A stretch of DNA of 51,431 nucleotides, filler included, from Sphacelaria rigidula (taxonomy: Eukaryota), in assembly GCA_964200075.2 (NCBI GenBank). It is 4 parts of 4 records of this genome, joined end to end, with 100 filler letters (N's around TTAATTAATTAA, not from the genome) between each part and the next. Parts side by side here need not be neighbours in the genome. Positions count along the whole stretch, not along the records: positions 38,651 to 51,431 come from CAXNAA020003423.1; 3 more parts are not named here. One strand, written 5' to 3'. Position 1 is the stretch's first letter. Every line of letters begins with the position of its first letter. The position numbers and the translations under genes are program-made. Of this stretch, positions 46,901 through 51,431 are shown piece after piece. The notes below the pieces were generated by a model. It was not told the origin of the DNA. It made no database searches and saw nothing but the letters and a program-made list of their open reading frames with translations.

Positions 46901-48904
46901 ATCCCCAGCCTATCGAAGCTTTTCATCCACTACTCCGGAGTGTTGCTAATGTTGTCACATCAAAAGCCGTCCCGATCTTTCCTCCCAGTACCGTCATCTG
47001 TCCATACTGATACAATACACACATGATCCGATCGATTCCCGTGGTCACACTTCAACTCATACCCCGCTACGGTGAGAGAAAAGGAGAGGGGACATAGAGA
47101 GAGTTCTCACAGGTCACGAACATAGCTCGAAAGACACTTACGTAGTTGAATACCCCAAGAATAGAACCAACAGAATCAACCGGTACGAAACCGTCACTTT
47201 TGGAGAGACACCACCCACGTCACTCTTCAAGCAAAATTATTTTTCTAATTGCCCGTACGTTGCGTAGCGTCATGCATTTTGACTTTTGCTCGACACAAAG
47301 TGCGTGGGTGGGCAAAGGGGGAGGGAGAACAAGCGCGGCACATTTCAAGTCAAGAGCCACTCCTGGTTGGCGTGGGCGGGCGCTAGTGGGGGTGGTATCT
47401 TCCGTTAAATTTTCAAATGGAGGTGAGGAAGAGCGCCAATTGCTCCGATTGCTTGCGCTTCTTTCAGTAATGAGCAGATGGTACTCAATCACACACGTGT
47501 GTCACGTTTCAGGTCTCGAAACAAATCTGGGGCTGAGTACAGCAGTGCAAGGTGAACATGTAAATCGTCAAACCTTGTTTACAGGAACGTACGAGAATCA
47601 TCTTGTTTTGGTAAATTATCTACTTTGGTGATCGAGCGTGAGAACACGAAACTTAAAATTCTGAACGACATTTTTCAGTTCTTCCATCATGGACTAATCA
47701 TTCCATGTGAACACAACAAGTGGTTCCGTGGGATAGTCGGTAGCGCTATTCTCCTTCCTGGAATGTAAGACAAGATAAATGTTTCCATATCAATGTCACC
47801 ATTTTTTCTGTGTTTTGAGTGAGGCAAACACCGATACGTCAACGACCTTGGTGCCACGGGTAGTCCCCCACACAAATTCCGAGTTATATGACCCCCCAGG
47901 GGTCCCGAAATTTAAAGTCGCCTCAGCTGGACACCCCCCTTTTCCCCCTGGGGGTCTGTCCCGACCCTTAGGGTAGGACACGCACAAGAGCACCCTCGAA
48001 CGAAACATGATTAACATCGCATGTAGATCTTTTACGTGCGAGGCATACAGTCGATGCACGCCCAACTTGTAAATGATCCCCGGAACCGTCCGGTGTGTCG
48101 CTGCCAACTCTGACGCCGGAAGGTACCTTTTCCCGCCAAAGAATGCGCACTTTTTGCAGCTGACTCGACTGCTGCGTTTTGAGGCCCCAGTCAGAGGCGA
48201 CACAACCTTGGATACTAAAAATGCAAGCCAGAAAATATTGTGCGAACTACGAACCATCTTAGGTGGTGAATAGAAGAGTGCGGCCAGGAGTGAGGATGCT
48301 CGGGAACAAGACATATTGAAAAGTCCTCATTACACACAGGTCGGTACTGGGTTCCAGGTTTCATGTTGCGCAATACAGATCGTCACACAACTCAAGCCAC
48401 AAATGATTCAATAGGGTGTAAATTTTGTTTTGTCTTGAATCTGCTCAGCTTAATCCACGTGGTCAGGCACCTTCGAGCACAGAAAAAAACACCAAGCACG
48501 AGAAATGACAAAAAGAAGGAACGAGGGGCTCGTATTTGTAGTTGATCGTCGCAGCCGTGAGCACAACACCAACCTTGAGGAACTTTCTCCAAACGATCAG
48601 GAGAGCAGGTCATGCACTGGGGAATTTCAAGTACAGAATGATCCGTCGAGTGTTGCTTGTTTTACACACAACCATGGGCAACTGGGGCAGGCGGAGAGCT
48701 ATGGAAACCCTCATCACTTTCTCCTTTTCTGGCACTCTTCCTTCCGGCTGAGTGGGTCTCTTCACAAGAGCAAAAACGAATCCACTCCGCGAGGTTGAGA
48801 GGGGGGGGGGGGGGGGGGGGGGGAAGCCCCCCCGCGGGGGTTTTCCGTTGTCATACCCTCTGGTTTTTGGGGGGGNNNNNNNNNNGAGTGGCGGTGGGGG
48901 GGGG

Positions 48905-48942
<38 letters not shown>

Positions 48943-49788
48943 AGCTCCCTCGCGTGCTGTTTCTGCTCGTCAGCAGTCTTGCTTGTAGTGGGATTGTCGG
49001 TGTTGCTGGTGGCTTGCGACATGATGGCCTCGATTCGGCGTGTATGGTACGCCTCCCCATATCTTTGTAATGCACATGCTCCCGAAGCGCCTTGCCTTGT
49101 CCTTTGTAGTGAGAAAACCCCCGGACCACCAGCTTCAGCACGTTCTTTCATCACCACGTGAAGTGTTTGCCCCGTTCCCTACCGTAGCAGAGGTGTTGCA
49201 TGCAGCATTATACCAACTGGCGGTAGTTGCCCAACGGCAACACATTCAGGTGGGGCAGCATAACAGTCAGACGTGGAGAAGCGGCATTGCGACGCATGAC
49301 CCACTTTCCCTTGGTTGGAGGGCCAAATCGCATCTTTGTCTGTCGCGGTCTGCGGTTTTTTTCTCAAGTTCCAAACAAGAAATGCCAGTGGCCTACAAGG
49401 TCAACAGCGCAGGAGCGTGGCTTGTGTGGGTGATGTAACGAGTGCCCGTGCTTTCGGACAGATTTCACAAGAAAAAATATGTTGGTTTGGTCTCTTGTCG
49501 CTTTTCTTTCCGATTTCCCGTACTTTTTTTATCGGTTGTAGCACAAATGAAAGTTGATCGGCGAAAATACGCAAAATTCAAGACTTTTCGCAAGGGTTAA
49601 AAAATACATATAAGAAAATAGGGCCCATCACGCCATGTCTACTCGCTCGCATGTTTGTCTACATCGTGCCCTGAATCCTGTCGAGACTCAAAAATTGATA
49701 TGGCTGCGAAGACTAAGGACGCTGTTTGATCGTGGTACGCCACGAAAGTCACATGCTGCTGTTCAAGTGTTTCAAAAAATGAAATTAT

Positions 49789-50750
49789 GGAACGAACTCT
49801 CAAAGGCACTGACGCGTTTTTTCGTCAACCCAGTGGTGTGTAGCATCAAGTTATGACGGGGCGTATACCGCAGACCATCGAGCTTCAACGATGGTCCAAA
49901 GTGCTTCCAACTTCGTCGCAAACTCAGCACAACGTATAATGCGTGCTACAAAAGAAAGTAATGTTATACACCACAATGAAAAGCGCTTGGCGGCGAAATG
50001 CTACACCTTCGGTGCAAAAAAAAAAAACGTTTTGATTGCAAAATGCTAAACGACTTCGGCGGTAAAAAACAAAGGTGGGCCGGGATCCAAACCAGCTTAC
50101 GAGGCCACAAGCGAAACTTCACTGGGGTTGCAGCATTGCCTCCAGTCTCGCAGATCCATTGGCTTCGTGCCACGTCTTATATGGCAGCTGCGTGACCACA
50201 AGGCTTCAATTTTGGAAGACTGCACAATCTTGCTTGAGAAGTTAGGTCCGAGGGTCTCCCGAGCTCTCACCTGATGTCACGCTCGATTGGCAGGCACGGT
50301 GGACGCGTGGTGGAGCCGGACTCTGTCGTTCTTGAGTACAATGCGCACACTGGGTTCTGCCGCTGGCTGCCTCTGTGTGCCGTGTAGGGTACAAAAAAGA
50401 GGGAGCGTGTAACACGCGGACGAATATCGCAAGGGTGGCGAATACATAGATGAAAGGGGACATCTTCACGCCATGTATGGGTTCATCGTGCATAGCATCA
50501 TGTCGAAAAACATTTGGGGCTAGAAAAACATGAGAGATTCTGCGATGAAAAATCTACAGACGCTGCTCGATATTGCAACGCAGCAATAGTAACATGATGC
50601 TGCCAGGGTACAACAAGAGCAGGAGGCATGCTAAAACCGGTTGTGCTCCTTCACACCGCATCGCATGGAACAGCTGCGCCGCAAAATGCAAAACGACTTC
50701 GGCGGAAATCAACGAAGGTGGGGCGGCATCCAAATCAGCTCGTCAAGCAT
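49789..50750 (+). repeat. ~1-kb dispersed direct repeat, copy B
   Basis: Colinear with 45871-46900. An internal subrepeat ACGACTTCGG...AAGGTGGG is present twice per copy. Confidence 0.75.
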
Positions 50751-51009
50751 CGCGCGGAACTTAACAGAGGTTGCGGTGTATGTTTTATCTTGCAAATTAA
50801 TCGGCTGCACGCCAAGTGCTAACGACAGTTGCGCGACCGCAAGGCCACGTTTTTGAAACACAGCACCAACAGTTCGACACAAGTGCGGTCGGAGGGTCTC
50901 GCCGACTCTTGCCTGATAGCACGCGAGATCTTCAGGCACGGTGGAGCTCAAACCTGTCGTTGTGGAGAACAATGCACACACTGGCTGCTGCTGTGGACTG
51001 CCTCTGTGT

Positions 51010-51145
51010 TAGAGGTGGGCACCCGACAGCAAATTTAGAAAACCGGTAACCGGATAAGTAGGCGTTATTTTCAAATCGAAAAACCGGTTTAACCGGGGGT
51101 TTTTCGGCCGGGTTAACCGGTTAACCGGAAAACCGGTTCAACCTG
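51010..51145 (+). mobile_element. hAT-like transposon end with AACCGG subterminal repeats
   Basis: TAGAGGTGGGCA terminus followed by a cluster of AACCGG/CCGGTT motifs. No partner TIR was seen in the window. Confidence 0.55.
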
Positions 51146-51431
51146 ATGAGCAAGGGACAACGCCTCCGAATCATTGAAACGTCGGTGAAATAGGCGTTGT
51201 TGCCATGTGTTTCACACCGTGTGAGTGATGGATACGCTCGAAAACACCCATTGCAGGTGACGGCAAGGTTAAATTTCAGACCTCCGTATCCGTGCAACAT
51301 CTGTCGAACTTACGGCTTACGGCACAGCGGCTGGTGACTGGTGACTAGCGACTGTTGACACTTATTCCAATGCGTTGATAAATGGTTTTCATTACTTGAA
51401 CGGCTACTGTTATAATCTGGGACCTGGCATG

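Overview
Eukaryotic nuclear DNA, most consistent with a brown alga or related ochrophyte (inference from a multi-kb GT-AG intron with a C-rich acceptor tract and from Gypsy RTs with a WVDD motif). The window is not one locus. It is four contigs of almost identical length (12784, 12783, 12783 and 12781 bp) joined by artificial 100-nt N44-TTAATTAATTAA-N44 spacers. Contig 1 (1-12784) holds the only clearly intact host gene, a two-exon mitochondrial-type ISCA1 Fe-S cluster assembly gene with a 5.5-kb intron, plus MITEs, a tRNA-derived SINE and an intronic foldback. Contig 2 (12885-25667) holds two decayed chromodomain-bearing Ty3/Gypsy elements fused back-to-back, one with nested MITEs. Contig 3 (25768-38550) is the most unusual. 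It carries a compact, intronless, same-strand cluster made of a T5orf172/MUG113 (GIY-YIG-like) nuclease and a tandem array of short units with four Rho_N/HeH-like DNA-binding motifs interspersed with CRAL-TRIO-like segments, and 5 kb away a frameshifted XRN/FEN-like PIN nuclease. This contig is a candidate endogenised giant-virus-like or unknown mobile element. Contig 4 (38651-51431) holds a Copia gag/LTR remnant, a decayed PD-(D/E)XK nuclease of a giant-virus-associated type, an interrupted ~750-codon membrane-protein ORF and dispersed repeats. All family assignments come from motif recognition by eye; no searches were run.
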